Virus record (IMG/VR): IMGVR_UViG_3300037991_003250
DNA length: 64,000 bases
Direction: 5' to 3' (one strand)
From: an uncultured virus (IMG/VR IMGVR_UViG_3300037991_003250)
Lineage: Duplodnaviria; Heunggongvirae; Uroviricota; Caudoviricetes
In this document: positions 61,430-64,000 of the stretch, piece by piece
Layout of the letters: each line of letters opens with the position of its first letter
Position numbering within the stretch: position 1 is the stretch's first letter
The notes under the pieces: generated by a model
The model's database searches: none
What the model was told of the DNA's origin: nothing
The model's input: only the letters and a program-made list of their open reading frames with translations
Position numbers and translations under genes: made by a program

Positions 61430-61454
61430 AGATCACCGCTAAAAGATATAAATA
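61428..61454 (+). promoter_or_regulatory. Conserved viral early-type promoter
   Basis: AAAGATCACCGCTAAAAGATATAAATA; ATG 61476. Confidence 0.85.
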
Positions 61455-61475
61455 CTAAGATAAAGAGGACTAATT

Positions 61476-61811
61476 ATGGAAAGAAGCCACACCAACGCAA
61501 CCGTCTTACACTTGATGAACAAGACCCAAAAATTCATGGGCATTCATTCAAATGAATGTGATGCGATAGCCGCCTTTCATATCATAACGGGCGAGCAATT
61601 CAATTATGTTTTCGGCCATACTTTCAAGGGTAGCCGAAACCACCTTTCTTTTGATATGTGCATTGAGTCTATGATAAGAAACGATTTCCCGCGCCTAAGT
61701 GATGATGAAGTCAATGATATGTATTTCAAAGTCATGGAAGTGAGAGATAAATTGCGAGCGTTTAGAGAGAACCTATGCCTTGAGTATGGGAACGACAAGC
61801 AGGACTCGTAA
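61476..61811 (+). CDS. Hypothetical protein (leaderless)
   Basis: Single-gene cassette bounded by promoter and terminator. Confidence 0.65.
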   Translation: MERSHTNATVLHLMNKTQKFMGIHSNECDAIAAFHIITGEQFNYVFGHTFKGSRNHLSFDMCIESMIRNDFPRLSDDEVNDMYFKVMEVRDKLRAFRENLCLEYGNDKQDS

Positions 61812-61819
61812 TCGGATCA

Positions 61820-62012
61820 TTGTAACGGGTCGGTGGGGTTAGAACCCCATCGGCCCTAAATTTTTTTTGTCTATCAAAAATTATTGTAACGGATCTGGAT
61901 CCGAAATTATTGTAACGCTTTGTATCGGCCAGCACGAAGCGTTACAAAAAAAGATGATCTGAAAAAGTTACAATAAAAAAAGAAAAAAGCGCGTTACAAA
62001 AAAGTTACAAAA
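61820..62012. repeat. GTTACAA box array, block D (3 reverse + 4 forward)
   Basis: Lies between terminator and next promoter. Confidence 0.88.
61827..61868 (+). terminator. Hairpin plus T-tract terminator
   Basis: GGGTCGGTGGGGTT-AG-AACCCCATCGGCCC then TAAA-T8. Confidence 0.75.
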
Positions 62013-62031
62013 AAACAAATTCAATCTAAAA

Positions 62032-62058
62032 AAAGATCACCGCTAAAAGGGTTAAATA
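62032..62058 (+). promoter_or_regulatory. Conserved viral early-type promoter
   Basis: AAAGATCACCGCTAAAAGGGTTAAATA; ATG 62080 opens a 38-aa ORF. Confidence 0.85.
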
Positions 62059-62508
62059 CTAAGAAGAAAACGGAATATCATGGTTGAAACATACACCAAA
62101 GAGGATTTACCCGCGACCGACCTTAACGAATGGGGCTACCCATCCGATGACTATATGCACATCGGCAACGGATTATTCGTAAAGAGGGGAGAGTAAAAAT
62201 TATGAATCAGACTAAGATATTTTACACGGACATGACTAAAAAAACAGACGCTAAAACCTGCAAGATTCACCACCCAAAAATTAGCGGTGAAAACCGTTGC
62301 CGGATATGCAATAAAAGCAGGAGTGAGGAAGAATGAATGAGGAAGAAAAAATAATCGTGGATGCTTTAAGGTATTATGCCGCAGGTTTGAAAATTGCTTA
62401 TGATAGACAATTCACTTCACATCACCCCCCCAACAAACCACGCTCAGAAAGAAATTTAATCAAGTCAAAAAAATGCCGAGATATTATTAAAAAAATGGAG
62501 AGTTAAAA

Positions 62509-62709
62509 ATGAAAGTTAGATGTAGTAATTGCCTATTTGGATTTCATGTCGCCGCGCCCGATAGAAGCGTTTGGAATAGAAACGGTAAATTTGATATTAT
62601 CACCTGCTTTGAATGTGGCTTCGACAATTGGAGAAAGATTCCTCATTCAGACAAAAAGATTTCAAAGAGGCCCGACAAAATAACCACCGTTGTTTTGATT
62701 GACGATTGA
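62509..62709 (+). CDS. Small Zn-ribbon protein
   Basis: CSNC...CFECG; SD GGAG. Confidence 0.6.
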   Translation: MKVRCSNCLFGFHVAAPDRSVWNRNGKFDIITCFECGFDNWRKIPHSDKKISKRPDKITTVVLIDD

Positions 62710-62714
62710 TCTAT

Positions 62715-62741
62715 AAAGATCACCGCTAAAAGGGTTAAATA
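62715..62741 (+). promoter_or_regulatory. Conserved viral early-type promoter
   Basis: Identical 27-mer to 62032-62058; ATG 62763 opens a 44-aa Cys-rich ORF. Confidence 0.85.
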
Positions 62742-62893
62742 GTAGTAATGAGAGGGTTAATTATGGGAGAAGAAGTCCATACAGAAGGAATGCTGACTAA
62801 TGAATTATTTAGGCGAATGATGGAAGCCGAGAATTGGTGTTGTGGCCGATTCTGTGATGTTCCAAATTCCCCTTTATGCACCTGCGAGGATAA

Positions 62894-63289
62894 GTGAAAA
62901 AAATGTATATGAAGATAGATGAACAAGATTTTGTAAATGCCTTTGATAGAATGAATCGGTCTAATAATTTCTCGGTGATTGGTCGCCGTATGTTATTTGA
63001 ATACTTGACCGGTGTTGAAGATGATGTGGGAGAAGAAATGGAGTTAGATGTAATCGCATTCTGTTCTTCTTTTACCGAGTATGAATCAATTGATGAATAC
63101 TGCGACACCTATGATTCAAGCCCGCTCACACGCGACCGCTTGAACCATGCCGTGAAAGAAGAAGATATTGACTACCTAAGAGAAATCTTAGGTCATAAGC
63201 ACCATGCCGTTATAACATGGTTTAATCACCCATTAGTGGGTTATGGTGGCTACCAAAGGGTTTTCAGAATGATTCTGAGTGATTTCTAA
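62894..63289 (+). CDS. Acidic hypothetical protein of a widespread phage early family
   Basis: F..AF....R..NFS..G...LFEYL...E...GEE.ELDVIA.C..F.EY. Confidence 0.65.
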   Translation: MKKMYMKIDEQDFVNAFDRMNRSNNFSVIGRRMLFEYLTGVEDDVGEEMELDVIAFCSSFTEYESIDEYCDTYDSSPLTRDRLNHAVKEEDIDYLREILGHKHHAVITWFNHPLVGYGGYQRVFRMILSDF

Positions 63290-63522
63290 TGCTTTACACA
63301 AAAAGATACGATAGAAAAACTAAGACCTATCATTACAGAAAGCACGATGGCTCAAATGTCTTTTACGGATTTAGGGCCGGTTTTGGTGGTGATGAAGAAT
63401 GGACTTTTTGCTCGGCATTAGATAATTCGGCTTTTGGTATGCCTTCATTTGAGCAGGGAGTCTATACAATGATGGGGTATAAAGATTTCATGGTTTGGAT
63501 GGAAAACAGAAAGAGGCCATGA
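63289..63522 (+). CDS. Hypothetical protein
   Basis: TAATG-coupled 77-aa ORF. Confidence 0.55.
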   Translation: MLYTKRYDRKTKTYHYRKHDGSNVFYGFRAGFGGDEEWTFCSALDNSAFGMPSFEQGVYTMMGYKDFMVWMENRKRP

Positions 63523-63529
63523 TTGGTTA

Positions 63530-63695
63530 TTGTAACGCCTCGCCGTCTAAATGGCGGCGGGGCTAAATTTTTTTTTCGGCTAAAAAATTATTGTAACGCT
63601 TCTGGATCGATCCCGCGCCAGCGTTACAATAAAAATATATCATAACTCGTTACAAAAAAAGAAATCCAAAAAAGAGTTACAAAAAAGTTACAAAA
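63530..63695. repeat. GTTACAA box array, block E (2 reverse + 4 forward)
   Basis: Same architecture as block D. Confidence 0.88.
63537..63576 (+). terminator. Hairpin plus T-tract terminator
   Basis: GCCTCGCCGTC...GGCGGCGGGGC then TAAA-T9. Confidence 0.7.
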
Positions 63696-63702
63696 AAAGA
63701 AA

Positions 63703-63729
63703 AAAGATCACCGCTAAAAGATATAAATA
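63703..63729 (+). promoter_or_regulatory. Conserved viral early-type promoter
   Basis: Identical 27-mer to 61428-61454. Confidence 0.85.
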
Positions 63730-63750
63730 ATATGACGATGAGGATTTATT

Positions 63751-64000
63751 ATGTCGAAAGAAGACTACTTCCTATGCACATGGAATGGAAATGAAATAAT
63801 AGAATTACACACGAAAGAAAGCCTTTGGGAACAATACAAAGAAACGGGTTTGTTTGAAGATGATGATTGGTTTTATGAAACGGAAAATATAGAAAACGTA
63901 AGCCTAACGGATTTGATGAGCCTATGTATCTATAATGAAGATAAAGATACGGTTCATTACAACGATAATATGACTATCATGTATGTCGGAAATGATTTTC
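63751..64000 (+). CDS. Acidic hypothetical protein, 3'-truncated
   Basis: MSKEDYFLCTW... open to the window end. Confidence 0.55.
   Translation, partial: MSKEDYFLCTWNGNEIIELHTKESLWEQYKETGLFEDDDWFYETENIENVSLTDLMSLCIYNEDKDTVHYNDNMTIMYVGNDF

Noticed and set aside
57448..63695. CRISPR array or integron attC interpretation of the GTTACAATAA repeats (resembles the 5' end of some Thermococcales CRISPR repeats as I recall them)
   Set aside because: Repeat is only 7-10 nt, spacing is irregular, both orientations occur, there is no ATTGAAA(C/G) 3' handle, spacers are low-complexity, and it does not fit GTTRRRY
1..64000. tRNA, rRNA, integrase, reverse transcriptase/DGR, intein
   Set aside because: No cloverleaf, YxDD RT, tyrosine/serine recombinase or intein motifs recognised by eye; tRNAscan-SE and HMM searches would be needed to exclude them formally

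Overview
The window is most of the genome of a tailed archaeal dsDNA virus (Caudoviricetes, long non-contractile tail likely). The most likely group is a marine 'magrovirus'-type virus of Poseidoniales/MGII; that host assignment is inference. Layout: (i) 1-5 kb and 56-64 kb hold small early-type genes, mostly in cassettes behind a shared archaeal promoter (AAAGATCACCGC-A-rich-TATA, start about 28 nt later). (ii) 5.2-21.8 kb (+) is an archaeal-type replication/recombination module: MCM-like AAA+ ATPase, RFC, SSB, AAA_24 ATPase, sliding clamp, PolB with a 10-N assembly gap, DNA methyltransferase, Cas4-like nuclease, fused primase, ERCC4 nuclease. (iii) 21.8-52.4 kb (-) is morphogenesis: portal, protease/scaffold, MCP, neck, collagen fibre, tail tube, frameshifted chaperones, tape measure, giant tail protein. 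(iv) 52.7-55.9 kb (+) holds a metallophosphoesterase and the terminase. The most striking unexplained signals are non-coding: about 70 oriented GTTACAA boxes that bracket early gene cassettes, with a conserved TTGTAAC-N24-26-GTTACAA switch; two homologous, covarying ~100-nt structured RNAs that start at predicted transcription starts; and a ~140-bp palindromic element present twice, inverted, 47 kb apart at module boundaries. All protein calls come from motif recognition by eye, not database searches.
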